Below are positions 35,173 to 46,020 of a stretch of DNA of 64,000 bases, piece by piece (the stretch's first letter is position 1; every line of letters begins with the position of its first letter). The notes beneath the pieces are model-generated. The model was not told where the DNA came from. It ran no database searches and saw nothing but the letters and a program-made list of their open reading frames with translations. The DNA comes from Macrostomum hystrix (Eukaryota > Animalia > Platyhelminthes), in assembly GCA_950097015.1 (NCBI GenBank), contig CATNEN010000001.1:3596001-3660000 (forward strand). Direction: 5' to 3'. The position numbers were made by a program, and so were the translations under genes.

Positions 35173-38100
35173 TGTTGTATCGTGACTTGACTTGAAGTGC
35201 GCAGTGTGGGGCTGCACCCCAATTGTTATTGGCGCTGAGTTTAGGACTGCTTGCTCTCTCCCCGCCTGCTCTGTCTGTCAATGTACGCTTATGCCTAACC
35301 GTCTAATCTATTAGCTGATGCTTTACTCGTATCTGCATGTACATCTATGTGCAGTGCCAAATATAATAAATAACAACCTCTCGCCCATTTGCGGCTCAAG
35401 TTTGGCTAGCCAGCCACGACACGACAATGGCATCGCAAGCAGCCAGTGAATTACCTCTCAATGACCCAGCCATGGCTGAGGCCTGGCTGCAAAGTTTTGA
35501 AGCACTGTGCAGGCACAAAAAACTGCAAGATACAAACGAAGAGAAGCAGGTGACAGACCTCTTCCTTGCTCGAGCAGGAATCAATGCAGTCCGATCCGTC
35601 TCTATCATGGCAAAGCCGAAAAACATTGAGGATATGACCTTCAAGGACATCAAGAAAATGATCATCGGGCGACTCCAGCCCAAAAAGAAACTGGTGATTG
35701 CAGAGCGCACAAGGTTCATGTCCCAGCGGCAGCTGTCAACAGAGTCGGCCCAGCAGTTCGCGGAGCGCTTGAGAGACGCGGCAAAGCACTGTGAGTTTGA
35801 CAAGCTCAACGAACAAGGCTGCAAACAGTCAGCTGAGGATGACTTGATCCAAACATGCTGATCAGCGGCTTATGCGACCGCAGCCAGCGGACCAAAACAC
35901 TTGAGCACATTCAGAGCTCTGAGAATCCAGTGACTCTGGACACGTGTCTGCAGTACATCCAGCAGTTAGAGCTCATCCAGAGCTACAGCTCAAGCGACCG
36001 ATCTGCTGAAGCCCGAGAGCCTAGCAGAAGCTCCGAGACGGCTGAGAGTTCGACACCAGTTGCCAGCATCGACAGGAACCGCAATAGCGGTGCTCAGTGC
36101 AGGTCGTGTGGTCTGCAGCACCAGCCAGGCAAATGCCCTGCATTCGGGAAGACTTGTAACAAATGCCACCGCAGGAACCACTTTGCTGCAGTCTGCAGGA
36201 GCAGCGCCAAGTCCAAGTCGGTTGCACATGCCCATGAAATCGACACGAGCGAGTGTGAGCAGGCAGGCATCTACACCATTGTCGGCAACGAGAGCGGCAG
36301 CGGCAGCATAAAAACTGTGCTCATTGAAGGCAAGCCGTTCAAAATGCAGCTCGACTCTGGATCCGGTGCGAGCATCATTCCGATAAACTTCTGGAGGAGC
36401 CTCGGTGAGCCCAAGCTACGAAAGTCCAAGTTGAGACTGCGACAATTTGACGGAACAGTCATCAGAACTAGAGGATGCTTCACGGCGCTCATCGAAGTCG
36501 GGAGACAAATCGCCTGTGCGGACGTGACGGTCACTGAATGCACAAAGGAGCACGGCCTCATCGGAACAGACGTGCTGGACTTCAAGCTGGACACAGCGAC
36601 TGTCAATCAAGTGGAGCGCAGCAGCGAACCGCTAGGCAAGCTCAAAGGTTTCCGTGCTCGGGTCCTGCTCAGGGAGAACGCTCAGCCCAGCTTCTTCGAT
36701 GCCCGGCCGCTCCCGATTCATCTCAAGCCGCTGGTGGTGGCTAAGCTGCGGACGATGATCGACGCCGGGATCCTCGAGCCTGTGCCACCAGGCGGCAGCA
36801 GTTGGGCATCGCCCATTGTGGTGGTGCGCAAGGCCGACGGAGACCTGAGAATCTGCTCCGACTACAAGGTCGGGGTGAACCCGAAGATCTGCTCTGACGC
36901 CTACCCACTGCCCAACATCGAGCAAGCCTTCAGTGCCCTGGCAGGTATGAAGCACTTCGCAATTGTAGACTTAACAAATGCCTACAACCAGATTGAGCTA
37001 GACGAGGCCTCCAGAGAAATACTCACCATCAACACGCCCCTAGGCCTGCTCAGATGGACGCGCATGCCATTCGGGGTGAAGACGGCCAGTGCGCAGTTCC
37101 AGGCTGCCATGGAGGCAACGGTCGGCGGTGCGGTCAGCAACCTGGTGATCTACCAAGACGACATGTGCGTTGGCGCCACCACAGCGGACGAATTGGACAG
37201 CAAAGTCCGGGACCTGCTGAGAGCGCTTTCTGATGCCGGCATGTCGATCAACGAAAAAAATGCGTTTTCCGCAGCACGGAAATCAGTTTCCTTGGCTACC
37301 GCATCGCGGCTGACGGCGTGCGCCCTGATCGGAAGCTGGTGGAGAAAATCCTCGGCGTGAGCACCCCGGCGAGCAAAAAGGAACTCGAATCGTTTCTAGG
37401 AATTACGGTGTACTACTCACGCTACATCAAGTCCAACTCGGAGAAGACCGAGCCGCTGACCGAGCTGCGGAGCAAGAAAGTCGCGTTCCATTGGGGACCT
37501 CGGCAGCAGAAAGCGTTTGACGAGCTCAAGCAGGCGCTTGCAGCTTCCCCAGTGGTCCGAATCTTCGATGCAAGAAAGCGCACAACTCTGACTACTGACG
37601 CCAGCGAGAAGGCCATAGCAGCAATACTCTCTCAGGACGAGCACCCAGTGATGTACCTGTCAAGACGGCTGACACCGGCTGAGAGAAATTACTCGAATAT
37701 CGAGCGAGAGGCCCTGGCTGTGGTGTGGGCCACTCAGAGAGCCAGACACTTTCTTCTCGGCAGCAAGTTTGTGCTCCAGTGCGATCATCAACCATTGGAG
37801 TTCATTTTTAGTTCGTCTCGGGAGCTTCCAAAGGTCACATCGGCAAGGATCATGCGCTGGGCGTTGCAGCTGTGGGCCTTCGACTACGAAATCTCGTACA
37901 TCAAGGGCAGCTGCATCCCGCATGTCGACGCGCTGTCTCGAATTGAATTCAAGGAGGAAGGCGATGGAGACGACTGCCAGGAAAGCTTCGTTCACTGGGC
38001 AGAGACGGAGGTGCTCAAGCTGGAGCAGATCAGAGACGCCACTGACAATGACCCGGTGCTCGCCAGCGTCAAGCGCAGGATCCGCAGCAATGCGTGGAAC

Positions 38101-39531
38101 AACTGCTCGGCAGCGGAGCGACCGTATAAAGCCGTCCGCCAGCAGCTCTCAGTGGAGAGTGGCGTCGTCTGCCTGAGAGACCTGGTGGTCCCGCCTAGCC
38201 GGCTGCGGCAAGACGTGCTGCGAGCGGCTCACGGCGACTCGCACTGCGGTGCCCTAGCGACAAGAAATCGACTCAAGCTGGAAGCCTGGTGGCCGGGTCA
38301 CTGCGTGGACGTCGAAAACTTCGTCAAGCAATGCCAGCGATGCGCGGAGATCCGTCCAATGCCTGCCAGAACGTGCCACACCTGGCCGGCGGAAAATGGT
38401 CCCTGGAGACGCGTGCACATGGACCATGCTCACGTTCCCGGCTTCGGCCTGCTGCTCATTGTGGTGGACGCCTTCTCCGGCTGGCCGGAAGCGGTGCCTG
38501 TTGCCGACAAGAGCGCGATGACGGTCATCAAGGTGCTCCGCTTGATTTTTTCCCGCCTGGGTGTGCCGCATACCTTGGTGGCGGACAATGCTCCGGAGTT
38601 CCGTGACCAGCAGCTGCACGAGTGGCTCAAGAAGATCGGCTGCTCGCCGATGCACTCGCCGCCGTATCATCCGCAGTCAAACGGGTGCGCCGAGCGCATG
38701 GTCCAGACCGTCAAGAAGGGGCTGCGGGCCTTCGCCGTGCACCAGGGCAGGTTCGACGCGTACCTCGCCAAGCTGCTGCTTGGCGGGCCACTCCGCGGGG
38801 CGACGGGCGTGGCAGTCCGTCTGCACTTATGGGGCGACAGCTGCGAAGTCCGCTGACCCTCCAATTCGACACCGATGCGCCGCTCGTCTACCAGTCGCGA
38901 CCGGGGGTGCCGGCTGAGACCGTCCGCTTTGTGGTACAGGCCGGCCACAACACGGCCGTGGTCACCCGGGACAAGGACGACAGGCCTGTGCTGGCACACC
39001 GGGATCAGCTGCGTTTGTGTCCGAGTCCAAGTCGGGCGGAAGTTACGGACAACACTGACGACGGCGGCCGGGATCCTGACGATGCCGGTCGGAGCCCTGA
39101 CGACGGCGGCCGGAACCCTGACGAAGGCGGCCGGAACCCGGAACCTATTAGCCAGCGGCCAGACGCAGCGGCACCACCGCAGCAGACCGCTGAAGCTACA
39201 CCGGAGCCCCGACGAAGCTGCAGGTCGACCAAGGGAGTCGCCCCAGACCGACTGTCTCCTCGTTGGTGATGAGGGAATGTTGTATCGTGACTTGACTTGA
39301 AGTGCGCAGTGTGGGGCTGCACCCCAATTGTTATTGGCGCTGAGTTTAGGACTGCTTGCTCTCTCCCCGCCTGCTCTGTCTGTCAATGTACGCTTATGCC
39401 TAACCGTCTAATCTATTAGCTGATGCTTTACTCGTATCTGCATGTACATCTATGTGCAGTGTCAAATATAATAAATAACAACCTCTCGCCCATTTGCGGC
39501 TCAAGTTTGGCTAGCCAGCCACGACACGACA
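35173..39531 (+). mobile_element. second Ty3/gypsy LTR retrotransposon nested in LINE ORF2
   Basis: 254-bp LTRs at 35173-35426 and 39278-39531 (one mismatch seen). 5-bp TSD gtatt. PBS TGGCATCGCAAGCAG directly after the LTR. PPT gatgagggaa. Confidence 0.95.
35427..39269 (+). pseudogene. Gag-Pol with three frameshifts (~35857, ~37260, ~38780)
   Basis: Consecutive ORFs give gag, CCHC (CNKCHRRNHFAAVC), protease LDSGS, RT YQDD, RNase H TDAS, and integrase HGDSH...CQRC with DDE. Confidence 0.92.
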
Positions 39532-39633
39532 GTATTTTTGGAATTGGTTGGCTCTCTAGTATCATTATCCAGTTCTATCTTAGTTTTCAGTTCTAGCCCA
39601 GATGGTTCGGTTGCAAACATATAATCAATGAAT

Positions 39634-39885
39634 TTAAACAGCTGAATCTAGAGACGATTGTAGTTTACTTAAATTATCGCATAGTTGAGCCGTCCAAACG
39701 GTCGGAGGCCGCCACCCTGTTGCTAATTGGACCAGCTGGATGGACGCCTCTACGAGTCCAGCCACTGTCTTATTCTCAGGCTTGGCGAATGCTGCGTGGA
39801 CTAGTGCGAAGGCGACTGCTTGCAGTAGTTCCAGGGCGTGGACCTTCGGGCCAATCGGCGCCTGCCTGTAGCCCGGGGTTGCTGG

Positions 39886-39916
<31 letters not shown>

Positions 39917-42521
39917 GGGGCAAGAGGCGCCGAGTGAGCTACCAGCTCCGTCTCGCCAGCGCCACCGACCTAGCGGGGTCGGACGTCAGCACATTAAGAT
40001 TGAGGTCATCACTGTCGAAAGTAGCCAGTCTCTCCCTGCGGAGGGCCGGGCATTGAAGCCAGTGTTCCACGTCTTCCGGGGCCATACCGCAACGGAGGCA
40101 GGTGGGGTCGGCGTGCGGGTTGATAACGCTGCTATAGGCCCGCAGAAGGCTACAGTGGCCCGAACGCAGCCTGGCCAGGAGCACCGCGTTGCTGGTGTTG
40201 GCGGAACCTGGGTCGTCACTGGTTCCGGACGCCTAGATCTTGGCGGCGTTGGTAGCAGGGCGTTCCTTGACGGCTCGTAGTTGTTGTTCTCGACCGGCGC
40301 TGCTGCGGCGGCGGCGAGTGCCTCGTTTTGGAGAAGGCAAGAGACCTGGTTTACCAAAGGTTGCCTTGGTACCAAAGAGTTTGGAAGAGAAGGGAAGTCC
40401 TCGCTGGAGTCGTTGTTCGGCAGTGTTGGAATTTGCATGAGAGGAGGAATGGCTTGGCGTTGCTGGCGTTGTTGTGGAGGAGCTAGAGCTGCGGCGTAAC
40501 TCCTCGGAGGAGGAGGACGTTGGACTTGAGGAGGAAGATTTTTAGATGCCCATGCCTGGACTCGGTTGTTGGCTGCCTGCCTTGCCGGACATGCCTTGTC
40601 GGTGGACTGGTGTGGACCTTTGCAGTTGGCGCACCGGATGTAGAAATCTGGGATGCCTACGCTGTCACACTCGGACGTTAGGTGATCGGACCCACAGACC
40701 CTGCACCTTGGTCGACGATCACATTGTTTGGAATGGTGGCCGAATGCCTGACAGTGACCACACTGAGTTGCCATTAGTGGAGGAGGTGACCTGCTGGCTT
40801 CGCATCGGAAGTGGAAGAACCCGATGTGGATGCCTTTGGAAATGCATCGGGCTTGCGTACCTAAGTCTGTTGTGAAGGCTCGGACAAATTGAGTTGGCTC
40901 GTTGGAAGAAGAAGAGATAATCCGGACAATGCCTGAGATGTTGGGCTCGACCGACTGGATTCTCAAGAGAAGGTCCTTAAGATCCGTTGCAAGAGATACC
41001 TGACGGATGATGAAAGACAAGGCTTTTGGAGTCGTGATGTTGGCTGGAAGACGTCTGGAATTAACCTGGGCGTCCTCACGTCGGATGGGAAGGCGGCGTT
41101 CTACCTCGATGCCGTCGATGGTTGGATGCTTAAGTTCGTCAGAAGTAAGATGCTGGTAACCTTGGAAGTCAAGAGCAAAGACCTTGAAGCCAGAAGAGTA
41201 GAAGCAGCGTTGGACGGACTTGATGCGAACTGTCGGGAAGTTGTCCTTAAGGAACCTCTCGAACCTAAGCTCGTCAAGAGTCGATTTTGGAAGGAGGAAG
41301 AGCACTGGTGCGACCTTGGAGTTTCCTTTTGGCTGAGAAGAAGAAGGAGGCTGATCCGGAAATTGGCTGTCATGGACAGAAGAATTGCCTTGTCGTTGCG
41401 AAGTAGAAGGAGAAGAATCTTCCTCGATGATGGTCTTGTCGCTAACCTCGACGATTTCGTAGACGGAAGTGTCAAGAGGATTGGACGGCTTGGATGGAGC
41501 TTGTTGGAAGTCATTGATGTCCTGGATGGCTGGAGAAGTAACTCGGAAGGTAAGATTTACACGCATGCCTTTGACGCGGGCGTCCTGGATGATGGAGTGC
41601 TGGCAAAGTGACTGAGTTTCTCCTCGCATGACGATGAGACTACCGTGATAAAGAGGTTCGGAATGAAGAGTTGCTCAAGAGTTGCCAAGAGAAAGAGATG
41701 CGATGACTGGATTGCGCCCAAGTTCGGGCTCGTTGTCGGAGTGGAATCCTACGAAGTCGTTGCCGGTTCGGTAGACGTTGACAAGACAAGAGTTGAAGGC
41801 CGGTAAGTCAAGTTGAGACGACAGGAGTTGAGCAAGATTGCGGATGATTGGATGCCAGTTGTTGTTAGCCTGGATGGTTTCTCCGGAATAAGAATAAGAG
41901 GGTCCGTACCAGACAATTTGTCTCGGTTCCGGACGACCTTGAGAGCGGTGCGTTGTGGCAAGAGGAAGAATCTCGTCCTGGATGGTCTTGAGGAGGTCAT
42001 CGGCAAGATTGGTGAAGGCGTTCGGATAGAAGTCGACTGGACAGGTGTCAAGAATAAGAAATTTGGTGTAGCACCCAAGACTATTGATGGCAAGCAAGTC
42101 AAGGCTTTTGGACGATGTGGAAGTGCAAGTAGAAGAGGTCGAACCTGTGGAGTTGCGCGCACTCGCCGCCGTCGATACAGAATTGGTGTCGCTCGGACTG
42201 GGCTTGGGCTTGGACTTGGGCTGGGACTTGGTCTTGGGCTTGGACTTGGGCTGGGACTTGGGCTTGGACTTGGACTTGGACGATGGTGTTGTTGGGAGAG
42301 GATGTACTGGATGCGGGAGGAGAAAGCATCTCAGTGTCCTCGGTGATGTTGCTGCTGGCTGGCGTTGGGGCTGCGGACTGACGTCGCTGCTTCTTGTCCG
42401 TGGCTGCGGCTTGGGCGACTGCGTCGGTTGATTGGCGGAGATTGCGCTTGGTTTGTACTGGTGGCGGCTGCGGCGGCTTGATTGGCTTGGGGTCCTTTAG
42501 ATTCTTTGGCTTTGTCGACAT
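39634..42521 (-). pseudogene. LINE ORF1: basic/low-complexity N-terminus, AlkB (2OG-Fe(II) dioxygenase) domain, three CCHC knuckles
   Basis: AlkB motifs PRQIVWYG..YSYSG, FNSCLVNVYRTGNDFVGFHSDNEPELGRNPVIASLSLG, HGSLIVMRGETQSLCQHSI and RVNLTFR. The same frame continues to CGHCQAFGHHSKQC, CRVCGSDHLTSEC and CANCKGPHQSTDKAC. Lesions: frameshift ~42290, in-frame TGA 41677-41675, insertion 39891-40187. Confidence 0.9.
39891..40187 (-). mobile_element. 5'-truncated LINE 3' fragment (Ingi/Nimb/I-like) inserted in ORF1
   Basis: 13-bp TSD gttgctggtgttg (39878-39890, 40188-40200) and (CAA)n tail. Encodes LARLRSGH...CLRCGMAPEDVEHWLQCP. Removing it restores the ORF1 frame to TAA at 39634. Confidence 0.88.
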
Positions 42522-43503
42522 TTTCTAATTACTAATTTAATAAACAGCTAAGCTAAGTGGAGTGTGGTGCCGGATCCAAGGGATAGATGAGTGAGAAGAG
42601 TGAGTAATAAAGTAAGTAAATTATAGTAAAATTGTAAAGCAATTAAATGTAAGTAGTATAAATTCAATTAAAGTAAAACCTGTAAAGTAATTAAGCAATT
42701 AAATGTAAAAGTAGTATAAATTCAATTAAAAGTAGTATAAATTAAAGTAAAACCTGTAAACCTGTAAACAATTAAATGAATTAAATGAATTAAATGAATT
42801 AAATTCAATTAAAAGTGCAATTTAAATTCAATAAAGTGATATAATGCAATTACGATAATAGTAGTATAAAGCAATTAAGTAAAAGTAGTAAATATGCAAA
42901 TACGATGATAAAAGTAGTATAACGCTGTTAAATTCAATAAGGAGAGCAATTAAATTAAATTATAAAACTGTAAATAAAGTAAAACAGTATAAATAAAGTA
43001 AAACTATAGTAAAACAGTAATTAAAACTATAAAACTAAAAGTAAAACTAAAAGTAATAAAGCAAAAATAAAAGAAGCACGAGAGAAGCAAAAAAGGACGG
43101 GAACAGGGACGGGAGCAGGGGCTAACCTCTAAAGAGGGTAGCAGGGAGCAGAGGACAGGGGCAGAGGAAAGGGGCAGGGGCTAGCCTCTAAGAGAGGGTA
43201 GCAGGGAGAGGAGGAGGAAGGGGAGAGGAGGAGGAGCAGGAAGGGGAGAAGGGAGAAGGCCCTCCTCTTAGAGAGGAGGCAGGGGAGAAGGAAAAAAGGG
43301 GCTTCCTCTTAGAGAGGAGGCAAGGAGAAGGAGAACTAACCTAACCTAGTCGACTATGAGGGTTTACCCCTTAGAGAGGTAAAAAGCTAGCTGAGCGGCT
43401 CCTAAAACCACACCAGTAATTTGACACACTGGCTTGGATGCGGTTCTGTCTGGATATTTCCGCTCTTCTTGACCGTTAGGTCTCTAATTCGGAAGGATCC
43501 GGC

Positions 43504-46020
43504 ACGCATGAAGAAATTTCAGTCCACACAGTGCCATCAATATAAAGAAATAGTGCTACCATGATACCAACACCATCTCAAGGATTCGTCGGACTGTGCT
43601 CTACTTATAGTAGGAGCATTTGAGCGTTGTTTTGCCAGTCTTCTTCCGAACTTAAGTGATTGCACCATGGTGTGCAATGTGAATCAGTGCGCAGACAGAG
43701 CTGGAACGAGAGAGAGAAAGCGGAGGGGGTGGCGAGCGGAGGTGACAGTGCACGGGAAACACTAACTACCTACACCCCAGCCCTCCCACAGACCTAGAAC
43801 AGCCTGACTCACGGATTGCCTGGAGGCTGCTCAGCAGTCTACAGCACATCACTCTCCTCCAGCTAAAGGATGACGGTCAACACCGGCTGGCCGTCAGCCG
43901 CACTTAAACAAAACACGTGAGTACCTTTATTTATTCAGCTTGCATGGCGCATACCAACATAAACATAGTGATTTGCATGGCGCATACGAGAATTGACATG
44001 ATAATTTGCATGGCGCATACAAAAAAAACTAAACATGCATCGCCAATTGAAACACCAAGGCGTAGAACACTAAAAAACATGCAACTAAATGGCGCACAGG
44101 CTACAAAGAACTGGATAAAAGGCAGACATATCATGGGAGCATAGGCATAAGCACCAAAGACAAGCATATTATGATCCGCGCTTTTACCAGCGGCATGCGT
44201 AATGTCCTGAATATATGAGGCACACACCACTCATTTACCTACTCACCTTGGCCCTCAGAACTGGGCCATACGTACGAGTGCCTCCGGATACCAAGAGCAC
44301 TCGACTAATTCGGTCACCGCCTGCCCGTATCGGGCCATGAGGTGGTGCGGTGTGCGGGCCGGTCCTCCCAGCATTCTTTCGGCTCGAGCAGCCGCCTCGT
44401 GGAGCATTTCCAGCCTCGTACCTCGCTGCTCTTCTGCGTAGGCTCTCTGAGCTGCAGCCGGCCACCCTTCGTCCATCTGCCCCCGGGCGGCCCGCACCAG
44501 AGATTCAGCCACAGACTGAGTTGCGGCCTCTCTATCGGTTGCCCGCATACTCCACAGGGCGCGTCTCTGGCGACGCCGCTGGGCACCTCCCCGACGCCGC
44601 CGTCTCTGCTGTCTAGGCTCCGCAGCGTCGTCGCTAGATGATGAAGAGGAGCTGTGCGGCAGCTGTCCCTGCAGCTGCGCTACTCGCGGAGGCGCTGCAG
44701 GGCCTTCTACCTCATCTCCTTCAGCTGGCTCTGGGTCTGAGTCTGGGTCAGACATCCCTTCGTCATCCGAGGGCATGCCCTCCTGTAACTCAGCCCATAG
44801 TCCTCGCCTGGGTCGAACTGGGCTTCTACCGAGCCACTGCTACTGCTACTGGACGCAGGTCTCCTAGCCTGCACTCCTGCCTCCGCGGTGTCAGGTGCTA
44901 CCTGCGTGGCTTTGCAGACCTTCTTTTCCAATGGCCCTGACGCTTTTGCAGCCGGACGCTTGTGCGCTTGCTGTAACCGGGGTAAGGAGGGCATGAAGTG
45001 ATGATGCCAATTCGGCGAGCGCTGACCCAAAGGGAAGGGCGCACTTTGGCCGAACTGGCTCCTAAGGATATCAATCCGCTTACTTACCCCTACGGGCTCA
45101 TTGACTTTGCGGACCACTCCCATTAGGCGAGGGCGCGTCGGTAATCTCTCTTCTGGCCCCCAGTTCTCCTTGTCCTCCATTGATATTCTTTTATTTGTTG
45201 CAATTTCTTCTTTTCTTTCAAAGCGTCTTGTCCGATTTGATTCGGAACGGGGTTCACTGGAACATTGTAGGTAGGCCATACATTGCTCTGATAAAGTAGG
45301 ACTTTCTGCTAGGATCGACCTGCAATCTCTCAGGCTCTCGCCTTTCTCTCTGCGGCCTTTGCCCCGGCTCTAGATCCCTAGCCTCACCTACTTGAGCAGC
45401 CTCACCTACTTCTTCGGCCCTAACACTATCTGCAACTTCCCGGTGCATAGAGGATGGGATAGGGGGCAGGGTTGGAGAGGGCAACGGACTGTCCGACGGC
45501 AGGACAACCACATCACCAGACGCCTCCCCCGCCTCTTCTCCGTTGCAGATCTCGCGGCCGACCGACTCGTGGAGACCCGACCTGGAGTGAAATCGTGGTC
45601 GCAAGTGCCACCTTCGAGCGCTCCACAGGCCGATCTCGTCATCGTCGCTGTTGTCGTAGCTGTCGTCTGGTTCGCCGGACGCGTCAGCTGTCGGAGGGCT
45701 ACCCTTGGGTGGCCTCCCAAGCTTTCGCCGTGCCGTGTTCACCTCCTCCGTCCTGTCGCACATCGAGGCTGGTACCGGGAGCAGGTTGCGCCGATGGACT
45801 ACCAGCACCTGCTTCCTAGCCTTCTTGGTGCTGCCGTGTCGCCGGATCTTGTACACTGTCTCGCCTTTACTCTCGAGCACTACGTAGACCGACTGTCTGG
45901 GCCGATGAAATTTGCTGATCTCGCCGGCCTCGATCACCGGGTTGTTGAGTAGGACCAGCTGGCCCGGGCGGAGTGGTCTCGCCTGCGGTCTCTCTTGGTA
46001 GTGCTCTTCTCGCAGCAGCA
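43504..46020 (-). mobile_element. 3' remnant of an older gypsy element: integrase C-terminus, extra ORF, PPT and 3' LTR (LTR probably continues at 31367-~31047)
   Basis: LRPGQLVLL...SKFHRP...YVVLE...VYKI...VVHRRNLLP resembles a gypsy integrase C-terminus. Purine tract gggagggctgggg is followed by TGTAGGTAG at 43774, and a matching CTACCACA end lies at ~31047 beyond the LINE. Confidence 0.6.
44255..45180 (-). pseudogene. additional ~310-codon ORF downstream of integrase, one frameshift at ~44830
   Basis: MEDKENWGPEER... (45180) and ...LWAELQEGMPSDDEG...VRMAQF* (44255) are overlapping GC-rich frames. No domain recognised. Confidence 0.45.

Larger units (their letters stand above)
32393..39620 (-). 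pseudogene. LINE ORF2 (APE endonuclease + reverse transcriptase), disrupted and interrupted by an LTR element
   Basis: EN motifs ILHLNCNS, LLSET, ILGDYN, SDHLP. RT motifs PGPDDI, YRPISLTSCIGKVFEK, FFDVEGAFDKIWH, GVPQGGVLSP, QFADD. Frameshifts at ~34680, ~33850 and ~32778 (deletion of the YLG region), and a stop at 33342. The N-terminus MFATEPSG... lies at 39620-39537. Confidence 0.92.
31368..43503 (-). mobile_element. full-length Jockey-like non-LTR retrotransposon with AlkB-containing ORF1 (~7.5 kb after removing two nested insertions)
   Basis: 18-bp TSD acgcatgaagaaatttca at 31350-31367 and 43504-43521. Short (CAA)n 3' tail. ORF1 42521-39634, 13-nt spacer, ORF2 39620-32393, and ~1-kb UTRs. 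Confidence 0.9.

Noticed and set aside
35850-37270. Programmed frameshifts in the second gypsy element
   Set aside because: The shifts fall within gag and within RT, not at the gag-pol boundary, and look like 1-bp deletions (mutation or sequencing error).
41540-42100. Host ALKBH2/ALKBH3 gene
   Set aside because: It is intronless, in frame with the LINE CCHC knuckles and inside the TSD-bounded element, so no gene symbol was assigned.
42567-43505. gtgccggatcc inverted pair linking the LINE 5' end with the region before ORF1
   Set aside because: Only 9 bp lie within the element and it is partly self-palindromic, so it is compatible with chance.
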